Shown here: piece after piece, positions 1 through 11,316 of the stretch
Layout of the letters: every line of letters starts with the position of its first letter
Position numbering within the stretch: the first letter of the stretch is position 1
Assembly (NCBI GenBank): GCA_024626585.2
Contig: JANKJI020000004.1
Span: 41,354,063-41,378,693 of the forward strand
Reading direction: 5' to 3'
DNA length: 24,631 nucleotides
Source: Ginkgo biloba
Lineage: Eukaryota > Plantae > Ginkgophyta
Notes under the pieces: generated by a model
Told to the model about the DNA's origin: nothing
Database searches by the model: none
The model's input: only the letters and a program-made list of their open reading frames with translations
Made by a program: the position numbers and the translations under genes

Positions 1-1033
1 GTCACCGCGACATTTTTGTATTTGGCCCATTTTTTATTTATTTATGCTATTTTCTCAAAATATTCATTTAACGTGTAACTTAGCGTGTAACTTGGTGCTC
101 CTCCTCTGAATGGCCCAAGTGAGCCATTTTACTTCATTTATCTCTAGTTGTTGCGGCTCCTCCCATAAATCTATGAGGGCATGAAAACCCTCCACAGCCC
201 CAATGAGGGTCTCATTTCCTACAATTCCTCTATTTTATCTCAATGAAGCTTTGAATCCCTATGTTTTGTTCCTCAATGGCCCTTTTTGGGCATGTTATCC
301 TCCATAGAATCCCTACATGCATCAAAATGGCCTTCCATGGCCCATTCAACTCCACTGCAACTCAATTTTTTATTTTTGGCTCATGGCCTAAGCGACTTAA
401 TTAGATTTTTATTATTTACACCTATTCATTTTCTACACTCATCCACATAAATTGAAAAGACCCACACTAGGGTTTTTTCTTTTTTTGGCCTTCAACGCTC
501 TACAAACCCCATAATAGGGTTTCACCTCTATTCACTCATCACTTTCCTATATTTTTCCTAGAATATTTTTAACTATTTGATAATAAATGACTTAGATAAG
601 TCATCCATTATCTTAAATTTGCATGCAGAATTTTCTTGACATTTACAACCATAGGATCTAATATAAAGAGCCATTGGATCTTATACCATATTTAATTTCT
701 ATAATCATAGGCATAATTCAGAATAATAGATTTGATAATCAGTTATTTTGCTTATCACTATTTGATGGATTTTTGTGAGTCTCAGTATTGAAGGTTACTG
801 GCTAACGAGATATGAATCCATGATTAAACCCATTTTCCAAACACCCTATTGCCATTTTTTTTTTCTATTTTGAATTTTAATTTTTAGTATTTATGTACGA
901 TAAGTTATGCAGGTGACTGGGATTAAATGTATTTACCAGTCACTTGGTGACTGGTAACTTCCATTCACTAGCATGGAGTCTAATTCCTAGTTAGTCTTTG
1001 AATGGCATGACTGATACATATTTTTTATGATTA

Positions 1034-1133
1034 NNNNNNNNNNNNNNNNNNNNNNNNNNNNNNNNNNNNNNNNNNNNNNNNNNNNNNNNNNNNNNNNNNN
1101 NNNNNNNNNNNNNNNNNNNNNNNNNNNNNNNNN
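1034..1133. other. Assembly gap (100 N)
   Basis: Run of N. Confidence 0.99.
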
Positions 1134-1444
1134 GGTTATGTCATATTTAGTAATGATACTTTGCACATATTAGTTAATAACTAATAAGGTTCTTGTCATA
1201 TTTAGTAACAAGACTTTATAAACTTTAACTAATTAAATGAGAATATTAATTAACCCTTAGTTAATTGAAAAAAGAGTTCTTTATTAACCAATAGTTAATA
1301 AAGTGAGTGAGAGAATAGAAAGTGATAGAGAGAGAAAACCCTAAGGTGAAAAAATCTCCATGAATACCCTATGGTCATAGCCCCCTTAATGAGCTTAACC
1401 CATAGGACCATGTATTATCCCCTTCCTAGTAAGATGGAACATCA
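1134..1444 (-). repeat. 3' LTR of element A (partial; runs into the gap at 1034-1133)
   Basis: Ends ...acatca at 1444 (TGATGT on the minus strand) next to a PPT. 1370-1480 aligns by eye with the LTR/PPT boundary of element C (12200-12315 and 14710-14786). Confidence 0.8.
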
Positions 1445-2933
1445 ATTTCTTCCCCCTAAGGAAGCAATGGACCCCATTGCTTTATCTATGAGATGCAAAA
1501 ATACCTTTCTCAATCTGTCCAAAGATACCCACTTGGCCTGATGTAGATATTTCCCCTTCCTTCCAACAAGGAAAGAGTTTAAAGAAGAAGTCCTTGTCTT
1601 CTTTGTCTAATGTTCAAATATTATGTCCTTATCCAAGGGACAAAAAAAATTTGGTATGATAGCATCCATATGTTGAAGTGTCTCGTCAATATCATCTAGA
1701 AAAGGAGGCTCATATAGCTTAATTTTATCCACATTAAACACAAGATGAAGTCCCATATAAGGCGATAAATCTAAGCAGAATGCATTAACCCCAATTTTCT
1801 CTATGATGAGGTATGGTCCATATCATATCAACTTGATCTTCTACTCCTTCTCCTTGAACCTCTCCTTAGGTAAATAGATCCATACTCTATCCCCAACCTA
1901 AAAAGTGTGATCTACCCTATTTCAATCACTTACCTCCTTATACTTCTCATGTTCCTTCTCCATAGCTTCATGAACCTGCTTGTGAACTCGTTGAATATTC
2001 TCAATGAAGTGCTTAGCCTACTCATGACCATGGTGCTCAAAAGTAGATATCAAAGTGTTCAATATCATCAACTAAAAATTTATAGGATATCTATGTAGAA
2101 ATCCCATACAATCCTAAAAAGGTGATACTCTAATAGAGTGATGCACTTCTCTATTGTAGTTATACTAGATGTAATAAAAAGAATCATCCCAAGTCTTGGG
2201 ATGATTGGAGTGATTGGAAACTAGCTTTCCTTGTTGAATTAAGACCAATTCCAATTCATTTCCTGATGCATCCACCTCAATATCAAATGGGAATATAATT
2301 TATGAAAATTCTATCATAGGTTCATTGAAAATTCTATGTTTAATCTCTTATAAAGCTCATTATTCTGTCTTGGACCAAAAAAAGTCTACACTTCCCTTAG
2401 TAAAAGCATTAAGGGGTAATCCTATCTTTGAATAAACTATAACATATTTTCTTAAATAATTGGCCAACTCCATGAAGATTCAAAGATAATTCAAATTATT
2501 TGGCATTATCCATTTTAATATGACTTTAGTCTTTGTAGGATCAACCTTTATCTCTACTCCATATACATTTAAGCCTAGGTAAATTAACTCCCTGATGGAA
2601 AAACTCCACTACTTAAGGTTTGCTTAAAATTACTCCTTCTTCATGGCTTTAAGAATATTATTGATATGATTTAAATGGTCCTTCCATATCTTACTAAGAA
2701 TTAGTATATCATCAAAATATACAATGATGAATGAATACATGTAAGGCTTGAATACCTCATTCATCAACCTCATAAAGGTTGTTTGTGGATTAGTTATCCC
2801 AAATGGCATAACCATACATTCTAATAATCTTTTCCTCATCTTGAAGGAATCATTTTATGTGTCTAATTTATTGATTTGAACTTGATAATATCTAGATTTG
2901 AGATCTATTTTGATGAAATATCTTACCTTTGAG
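1442..2933 (-). pseudogene. pol: pol remnant of element A (RT, RNase H stub, integrase C-terminal half, chromodomain-like tail)
   Basis: ORF 2630-2839 VMPFGITN..TFMRLMN..VYFDDILI. Hand translation also gives KIDLKSRYYQ, YLG, VDPTK, EVDASG, HPKTWDD, YGPYLI and LVGRKGK..AKW. Multiple stops and frameshifts. Confidence 0.92.
1445..1457 (-). promoter_or_regulatory. Polypurine tract of element A
   Basis: Minus strand agggggaagaaat immediately before the LTR TG. Confidence 0.8.
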
Positions 2934-2938
2934 TTGAT

Positions 2939-4370
2939 TGCTCTATTTTTGGATCCAAATTAGTTCTTATATAATCAAATCGAGTATAAACATCTAGGAA
3001 GAATCATTTTAGTTACTACATATAAGATGAGATAATGAATCTTGGAGCTAAGGCTTGAAAGTAGTGATAAGAGTCCCCATAAAGGAGATACTTCCAACAC
3101 TTGGAGAAATTATTCATTTTTTGTATTTTAGGTGTTTGGAGGTCGGGGTTGCAAGTGCAAAGTCTACTATATGTTTCATAAGATCTGAAGGCATAGACCT
3201 AAGCTTAAATAAAATTTAGTTAATGGTAAATTCAATTTTGAGGCTTCAAAGGTTATGACCACAATGTGGTTGATAAATCCTTTGGTCAAAATGGAAATGA
3301 GGGTCAAAACCAAAAAGGAAACTGAACTAGAATTTATTTTTAGAACTTCAATGAGACCAAGTTTCACCTAATATTTTCCTAATTCATTTCCCAAGATTAA
3401 AAAGGGTAGACCCAAACATTTATAGAATTTGGTTAAAGGAATTTTTGGATTTTTAGGAAATTTAATAGAGTGAACCAGAAACAATTCTAAGACCCAAAAT
3501 TTAAATCAAATAAAGTTCATGATAATTTTAGAATTCAGGATTTTATAGTTTCTAGGTGTGTGTGTCCAATGATGTAAAAAATTTAAAACCTCAAAGTTTA
3601 GTGGATCTGAAAAGGGATAAAATATAGTCAATGATCAAAGAGACTTTAGATTTTGGATTTTAGAGGAAGAAGAGAGAAAATTCACGTGATACATTATTAG
3701 AAAAAACCTCAAAATATTTTGTTTCCTAGATAGGAAAAAATCAATGTCATAGTTTCTGAAGGAGGGCACTTTGGAAAGTGAAATGATTCGGTTGTTAATA
3801 GTTTAACTACTTCTACAAATTTTAATTGCTATAAATAATTCAATTAATTGAAGAGTCCCTTGATATAAAAAAAAGGGATGACAACAAGATTACAAGGGAC
3901 TCAATATAATCACTCACCTAGCGAAAGGAGAACTAGAGGATAAGGAGAAGAAGAAAAATATGGCATTTAGAGCAGAGAGAAAGGTGTATAGTTTTGCAGA
4001 AGCAAAGAGTGTGAGAGATTTTATGTGAAGATGGAATATCTCCATAGCATTATAGGAAGAATTACTATGTGAATATATGTGTATTATATTCCTTAAATAG
4101 AAGAATAGTTGCAATGGTTTTAAATTTGTATTGAGTTGAAGCCTAATACCATTCTAGATTTTTATTCCCCAAGAGGGTTTCTAAATTTTAAAATTTGACT
4201 TTATGAAATTCTTATGTGTGCATCCCATTATCTATATTATTGAATATTATAAATTCAAGTTACTATAAATACATACATTTATAGGAATAATAGTGTGTAA
4301 TCTTTTAATTCAAAGAATGCATAGCTACTTATATTGGACTATTCTAACTTTTCCAGTAAGATATCGATCA
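2939..4370 (+). repeat. 5' LTR of element B (~1.43 kb)
   Basis: 4277-4370 aligns ungapped to 9018-9111 (74/94 identical by hand count). It ends gatca just before the PBS. The left end is set by the interruption of A's RT and the TSD. Confidence 0.82.
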
Positions 4371-4374
4371 AATT

Positions 4375-4384
4375 TGGTATTATA
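4375..4384 (+). promoter_or_regulatory. Decayed primer-binding site (tRNA-iMet type) of element B
   Basis: tggtattata, 4 nt after the LTR end. The canonical plant iMet PBS is TGGTATCAGAGC. Confidence 0.6.
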
Positions 4385-4729
4385 TTTTTTCTTATTCCTA
4401 TTATTTTATTGAATGGTGAAAACTATAAGTGGTAATTCCATAAGTGGAGAGCTATTGTTGTCATGGTTAATGATTGATAGATACCCAAGAGTCAATAAAA
4501 TAGAAAAAAAAATACATAAAGATGTTGTTGAGGTAAGATTAATGAATTTAGTGTCTAATGTGGATACCATCATGCAAATGATAATGGAGATGAGGTGTCT
4601 AAATGAGGAAAAATGAATTGATTTAGGTTTAGAATCTCTTAAAAAGAGATCAAGGAGATCCTAGTATTTCCAAGACTGATTGGAAAATGATTTTTTCTAT
4701 AGATGAAGAATCTCATTCTCCTAAGAATC

Positions 4730-5425
4730 CATTTAAAATTAAACCTAAAATAGAGACAAATCCTTATGATGGTCATATGGACCCAAAGAAGCTAAAAAAT
4801 TAGCTAAGATTGAATTTTAATTCATTTATTATAGCTTTTATAATTAGGATAAAATATACTTTTCATGACTAAAGATGGAGGGATATGCATTTCTATGGTG
4901 GGAGAGCCTATGCCAAGAAAGGATCCTTACCAAGAAAAAACTAGTGACATATTGGGAGGATTTTAAAAATATTATAAACAGCCAATTTTACTCTATGGTT
5001 TATAAGGAGAAGGAATATTTTTGATGGCACTACTTGAGACAATGCCAAGGGAAAGGAGTATAGGAGTATATGACCAAATTCTAAAAATAATACCTACAAC
5101 TAAACATATATCAAGATGACTAGAATACCATGATGAAATATCTTAGTGGGCTTCATAGTCATATTAAGAAATAATTCATTTTCTTTGAAGTATATACCCT
5201 TGATGAGGCATATAATAAAGTCATGTATGTTAAGAAAAAACATGGAAGAAGACGTAATGAATCCACCATCACTTCTAAGTTATAAGGAAGTAATACTTAA
5301 TTAAATAAGGGAAAAGGTCACCTAATAAAGAAGAAGTTTGTTAATATGACCTAGAAGGGAATCTGTTATGAGAATTTCCATAACAGTGGCCAAGAAAAAG
5401 AGTAATGCTAGAAATTACATCTTGA
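4730..5425 (+). pseudogene. gag: gag remnant of element B (retrotransposon gag domain and decayed CCHC zinc knuckle)
   Basis: Hand translation FKIKPKIETNPYDG..LKMEGYAFLWWES..YWEDFK..QFY..WHYLRQ..V*EY..KF..KYLSGLHSHI. Knuckle YENFHNSGQEKE*C*KLH at ~5367-5420. Confidence 0.88.
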
Positions 5426-5669
5426 GCTTATTTCAAATAATAAGATTGGTAAAATTTTTTTGATGTTGTAGTCCATAAAGGTGGAGGGTAAATAAATTCA
5501 AATTTCATTAGAGGTCAATGATAAATTTTCCTTGATAGTTCAACTAGTGGACAAAATCAATAGTTTGAGAAGGGTTGTGAAAGGGGAGGAAAAGGTTTTG
5601 GAACCCTCTATTACTACTATAAATAATAATACATTTAACACAACCAAATATAGGTGGATTAATTATATG

Positions 5670-8600
5670 AGATATAAATTATTCCATGTGAAGATGCATA
5701 TCAAGAAGTCCATAGTGATGACCATATTTGGTTCAAGAAACCAAAATTATTTTATCTCAGAGGCATTATTTTAATAGTTTGACTTAAATACTAATACACA
5801 CCCCTAACTATATCCACTGGGTTGGTTGTAGAAAGATACCAATATTTAGGTCAATCACCAGTATAAATTCAAGTTGTTTATCTCGAGGAACTTTATTAAT
5901 GGCATAGAATATAACATGGTATCTCTTGATGTGTCTGAGGTAGTAATTAGAGTTTTTATATGTGGGATCATGATTCTCTATTATTATGTAGGGATAATAA
6001 ATTAAGTTTGGTTAAATATGGGGAGTTGTACCTTATTAATGTATACAAGGGTAAGGAAAGATCCTATTGATTTTAACAACTTAATCCAAGAGGTCAATTA
6101 CAGGTAGTAAGAAGTTTGTAATGATGGTATTACAAAAAAAGGAGGATACCAAGGAAGAAGTGGAGTCTTATAACCCTGCATTAACAATTCATAATAAAGT
6201 CCAACTAAAATAATTATTGAATAATAATGAATTTATCATATTATATTGAAAAGGTATTCCACCTAAAAGAGAAATTAAGCATGGAATTCATTTGTTCCCA
6301 AATTCACCATTACCTAATATTGGATTACATAGAACCTCCATGGTGGAGAGTGAAGAAATTGAAAGGTAGATTCAATATTTTATAGACCAAGGAGTAATTA
6401 ATCCAATTGTGTCCCCATGTGGATATCCAATTGTTCTTATTCCAAGGAAATCTGGGACTTGGAGGATGTGCATTGATTTTAGGGCGCTCTGTAAGATCAC
6501 CATTAAGAAATGGTATCCTTTACTGAGAGCTAATGATATTTTAGATCATCTAAAAGGGACCAAGTACTTTTCCAAGTTCAACCTTAAATTTATATACTAT
6601 CAATTTTAGATAAGAGAATAAGACACCTTGAAAATATCTTTCAAATCCAAGAAAGGGTTGTTTCAATGGTTGGTGATGACATTTGGGCTAAAAAATGAAC
6701 CTATAACTTTTATCAGGATGATGATTGAATTGATATTATCCTTCATTAACTCCTTTGTGGTTGTGTACCTAAATGATATCCTTATTTATGGAAAATATGT
6801 AAGATAATATTAGTCATTTTGAGAAAGTATTTGAGACTCTCCAAAAGAACAAGTTGCATCTTAACTTCAAGAAGTGATATTTTTCCAATAAATTGTTGGT
6901 ATACTTAAGGTTTATGGTTAGAGGTAATCAAATGAAGATAGACCCAACAAATATATATACCATTTTGACTTAGCCAATAAAATAAAACTTGAATTAGGTA
7001 AGAATATTTTTAGGATATTTCTAATATCTTTTGAAGTTTATTCCTCAATTTTCTAAAATAGTTACACTATTACATACTTTGACCAAGGAAGAAGCAAAGC
7101 TTGTTTGGAAAAAGGCCCAAGAGGAATCCTTTAGTAAATTGAAGAAAAAGAATTATGAAGAACCAATGTTGGTTCTTCTAAATCTATATAAGTTATTAAA
7201 GATGTCCTAATGCATCAGGTTATGCATTAGGATATGTCCGTATTAAAGATGGGAGACCAATTACATGCCATTCTAAGAAAATATTTGGAGTTGTATTGAA
7301 TTACCTAGTATATGATAATTATTTTTTTGCTATGAATTAAGTGATGAAGCATTAAGGGCATATATTTTTGGTAAAGATAAAATTACCCACATTGACCACA
7401 AGCCTCTCTAGTTTCTATAGAAACCATCAAAGTTGCAACAAGAAAGACATGCTAAATAGATGTCATTCCTACAATAATTCAACCTTATCATCAAGTATAA
7501 GAAGGGGGTGATAAAAAATATCAAAAATATTTTGTCTCGAACTCCTAAATCGAATCCTCTTATATTTTTCATGCAATTGAAACCATTTCCTATGAAATAT
7601 TTTGCATCCAATATGAAGGAGATAGATATTTTCATTTGGTCATGGAAGAATTGTATAATTGGGAATATAAAATATAATTTCATCTATAATAAGGTATATT
7701 ATATCAAAATGATAAGATATGTATACCAGAAGGAGAGTGTCAAGCTGATTTGATGAGATAAGCCCATACTTCCAAAGTGGAAGAGCATTTTGGAGTTAGA
7801 AAGACCTTTTTAAATTTTCAAAGGTATGTGTATTTTCCACACATGAAAAATGATGTTGCTAAGGTCATTAGGGAATTCATGCCTTAGAGCATGTAAAAAC
7901 TTACCAATCATAGATTGGGTTTGTATATCTTATTACTAGTCCCAAGCCATTCATAGGAGAGAATCTCCATGGATTTTCATGGAGGATTACTAAAGACACG
8001 ATAAGGCCATGATTACTTATTTTTGGTAGTAGAATGATTTATCAAGATGATAGTATTAATTCCCTATAAAAATACTATAGCTGGCCAAGAGGAAGACAAT
8101 TTATTATTTCAACATGTATGGGTACATTTTGGGCTTCTAGAGTCCATAATTAAAGACCAAGACAAACATTTTCTAGGTCATTTTTAGACGACATTATAGG
8201 CAATGATGGACATTAAGTTCAAGAGGAGTATTATCTTTAATCCTTAGAATGATGGGAAGATGAAGGTTATTAATATAAATTTGGTTCATTCACTCAAATG
8301 CTATAACTAGAAACATTAGAAGACTTGGGATGGAGTGTTCCCTACATACAACATTGTTATAACCAAGTCATTCATAATTTGAGTGGTAAGTCTCGAGATA
8401 TGTTTGGGATTCCTTCCCTAAACCCCTTTTGATATTTTGATTGTAAATAATATTGAAGGAAATTCCATTACATAGGACGATGGCCAATAAATATCCATCA
8501 TATTTATAGAGAATATTTAACAGATACATAGGAAGGTGTAAGAGCAATTGTGGAGGGTTCAATAAAGATAGAAGGAGAGACATGACCAACATATAACTTC

Positions 8601-8917
8601 TCACAAATTTAGAGTGGGAGACATGATCTAGTTACATCTTAATAAAAAATAACTACAGGGTCTAATAAATAAATTGAATCCCAATAGGTATAGTCCCTTC
8701 AATATTGTATAGAAGGTGGAATATAATGTGTTCTAATTGGGTTTGTTGAAATTCATAGGGATTCATTATGTTATTAATGTAGAGAATTTAAAATTATTTT
8801 ATCCTTCCATATTCGATGAAGATGAGGAGGCAGGGCCAATGCTTCTTTTTGTAGAGTATATGGTGCCCAATATGAAGGCCAAGTTAGATAGAGATACCAT
8901 TTCATAGCGAAGATTTT
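5670..8917 (+). pseudogene. pol: pol remnant of element B (protease, RT, RNase H, integrase)
   Basis: Protease LFHVKMHIK..TIFGSRNQNYFIS..HP.LYPLGWL. RT SPCG.PIVLIPRKSGTWRMCIDFRAL and VVVYLNDILIY (YLND 6766-6777). RNase H NASGYALG..DHKPL. Integrase AHTSKV.EHFGVRKT, ISMDF.GGL, KTWD. Truncated by the gap at 8918. Confidence 0.94.
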
Positions 8918-9017
8918 NNNNNNNNNNNNNNNNNNNNNNNNNNNNNNNNNNNNNNNNNNNNNNNNNNNNNNNNNNNNNNNNNNNNNNNNNNNNNNNNNNN
9001 NNNNNNNNNNNNNNNNN
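8918..9017. other. Assembly gap (100 N); true size probably over 1.3 kb
   Basis: Run of N. It must hold the end of pol, the PPT and most of a ~1.43-kb LTR if that LTR is intact. Confidence 0.97.
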
Positions 9018-9111
9018 ATTTGTAGGCATAGTAGTGTTTAATATTTTAATTCAAAGAATCTATAGTTAATTACATTATGCGATTATAACTTGTCCACTAT
9101 AATATGGATCA
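9018..9111 (+). repeat. Terminal 94 bp of the 3' LTR of element B
   Basis: Homologous to 4277-4370 and ends in CA. The rest of this LTR is presumably hidden in the gap 8918-9017. Confidence 0.88.
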
Positions 9112-9182
9112 CTAATCCATTAATTATTTGATTCTTGGAAATGGATATTAGTTAAATATCACCTATAGAGTCATAATATATG
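9112..9182 (-). pseudogene. pol: Continuation of element A RT on the far side of element B
   Basis: Minus strand reads YPFPRIK*LMD* (cf. YPLPRIDELMDQ), which joins QLKG.RYFIKIDL immediately left of 2939. Confidence 0.8.
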
Positions 9183-9489
9183 AATCTTGGTAAAATATTA
9201 GGATATTTCCTAGTACTTACAAATAATTCATAAGTTTATGGCTTAGTGAAATCATAATCCTATACTTGGTAAAGAAAGGATTATTCTTTCAATCATTATC
9301 ATAGAAATATGATCATAGAGGAATAAATAATAAGAACCCATCTCTCCTATCCATACTTTAAAATGATCTTTCAAGATATTTTATCCTTCTTTTAAAAACT
9401 ATCAAATCACTTTCCATAACTATTCTTGTCAACTTCCTGAAGGGATGACATAGAACCCAATGTTTCTTACTATAATAATGCAACTTGTT

Positions 9490-10015
9490 GACATAGGTAG
9501 AATAATTTTCTCAATTCATGATATTTTACTAAATTTTATGACTTTCATTTTCTTTCTCATGTTATTCATTCATGATAAAGGGCATGACTTTTTGCCTGGT
9601 TGTAAACCTTTACCAACTTTCTAAAATTTTGGACTTTTCTCATGACTCAGTAATTTTCTACGATAAAGGGAAGATATTTTTCCTAGTTGAGAATATTTAC
9701 CTTTTTTTTTTTTAAATTCAAGAATTTTCTTGCTACTTTGTATGTTTTCACAATAAGGGTGCAAAATCTTATGTGGTCATGAACCTTCACCAACTGTTTT
9801 GAAATTCAAGAATTTTCTTGTGACTCAGTTCCTTTTCTGCAATAAAGGACATGACTTCTTTCTTATCATGGACCCTTTTCCACTTTTTAAAATCTCACAC
9901 TTTCTTGTGAACTTCATATTTTATCACAAAAAATAGTTTGACTTCTTTCTAGTTGTGAACTTTTTCCCATTTTTTGAAAACATGTAGTTTCTTGTAGTTT
10001 GCATTTTATTTATTT
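9490..10015. repeat. Degenerate tandem array, ~87-90 bp unit, 5-6 copies
   Basis: Unit anchors (g/a)ataaaggg-like at 9574, 9662, 9752, 9841 and 9928 (spacings 88, 90, 89, 87). Recurring motifs atgactt, gaaccttt, aaattcaagaattttcttg, tgactcagt. A weaker unit from ~9490. Confidence 0.75.
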
Positions 10016-11316
10016 TCTAAGGGGATTTTCAAGCAATTTGGGAAAATTACTCCAATGAGTAATGTCCTTAGAAAAAATCATATGAGTTTAAGGTTTTAAA
10101 CTGCATGTTGGTCTTATAGTCAATCTCGAGTTTCAAAGCATCCATTTTTCCTAAGGAGGTAGTTGAGAAGTTTGAATATTTTTTCATATCCCTTAAGAAA
10201 CCTTCGCAATTTCATTTATTTTATTGAAGAAGGATCAAATTTATTCCAAAAGGGTGAGCTTAAATATGTCTTAAATTTTTTTAGGATCTATATTCAAAAC
10301 TTCTAGTGATATGATAAAAACTAGGAGTTAATCATCCTTAACTATAAAGATATGCTTTTTAGGATTTAAGAAAATGCCATAAAATCTACATATTTCTAGT
10401 GTAATATGAAGATGATTGAAATTGTTACCTCCCTTTTAAATGGAAAATAAAATCATTAAACTAATTTTAGTGTTAGTAGTGATGATATGATGGAAAGTAG
10501 TATTCATATATTTTTTGAAAGTAATGTCTATTCTGATCATCCTAAAATGAATTACATTATATGTAAAGGTAATTATATCATGTTGTATATTTATTTAATT
10601 ATAACCTAAATTTATATCTAGTAGGGAGACAAATTAATATCATAAAATCAAGTTAACAATCTCTTATATATTAGGGACCAAGAATTTCATTTTGTGCATA
10701 GCCCTATTCATATTCTTGAAGTTGAGACAAACATGAATTTTATTTCTTCTTTCAAATAGGGATGATTTTATACACATAATTTGGGTACTCAACTAGAAAT
10801 ATAAACTTAGCATATAACATCTTCTAAACTTCCTTCTTAATGATAGTGTTATTACTTAGATTAATCCTTCTCTAATATTATCTAAAGGGATTTCTCTTTA
10901 ACTAATAGAAATATGATGAGATGCCACATTAGGGTCAAATCCTCTTACCAAATAAAATTATTTTGATATTCTCTATATAATTTATAAATATTTTATTATT
11001 CAATGGCCAAGCAATCAACTCCCATTTGAATTCATTAGGGATCAAACTTAAATCCAATGTTCAAAAGTTTAAAATACCCAATCTTGTAGAGATAATTATC
11101 ATGAATTATTTTTGGATGTCATGGGATATTATTAGTAATAAATATATATTCTAGGACTCCTATGTCATGAGGAATATTATTGGATTTAAAATCAATTAGA
11201 GATTCATGTTGGTTAAAATGAAAATATGAATAAGAATATAGATAGATGGATTTTTTATTTCTCCATTATAAGAATCAATAAAGGGCCTCATCATTATAAA
11301 ATACCTATGAATATTC

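Larger units (their letters stand above)
1134..2938 (-). mobile_element. Element A, 3' part: degenerate Ty3/Gypsy (chromovirus-type) LTR retrotransposon
   Basis: Minus-strand order RT (YFDD at 2708-2719), RNase H start (PFDIEVDASG..LIQQGKLVS), integrase C-terminal half (HPKTWDDS..YNYNR..SPF), chromodomain-like tail, PPT, then an LTR starting TGATGT. RT-RH-IN order is Ty3/Gypsy. Many stop codons. Confidence 0.93.
2939..9111 (+). mobile_element. Element B: near-full-length degenerate Ty3/Gypsy chromovirus (CRM-like), nested in RT of element A
   Basis: Begins TG (2939), ends CA (9111), with imperfect terminal inverted repeats (tgctctatttt / aatatggatca). LTR-PBS-gag-PR-RT-RH-IN-LTR order. Flanks ttgat (2934-2938) and ctaat (9112-9116) fit a decayed CTGAT TSD. 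The CRM-like assignment is by motif resemblance only. Confidence 0.9.

Noticed and set aside
1-700. Possible LTR of another element (starts gtcacc; 10-bp direct repeat cgtgtaactt at 72-81 and 84-93)
   Set aside because: No partner LTR, PBS or PPT is visible in the window, so it cannot be supported.
1907-2098. 63-aa plus-strand ORF
   Set aside because: Antisense to the integrase tail of element A; no recognisable domain.
3176-4114. Two short minus-strand ORFs (3176-3367, 3914-4114)
   Set aside because: They lie inside the 5' LTR of B and look like chance ORFs in AT-rich DNA.
7408-8604. ORFs 7408-7683 (-), 7508-7753 (+) and 8368-8604 (-) as separate genes
   Set aside because: Antisense or partly frameshifted pieces of B pol.
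9183-9489. Possible gag, PBS or 5' LTR of element A
   Set aside because: No gag or protease motif, iMet PBS or match to A's LTR was found.
9490-10015. CRISPR-like array
   Set aside because: Whole units are similar, with no repeat/unique-spacer structure, no cas genes and a eukaryotic context.
10800-11100. Possible LINE ORF1 (DUF4283-like W..FDP...IPL) on the minus strand
   Set aside because: Needs frameshifts and only a few residues match; too weak without an HMM search.
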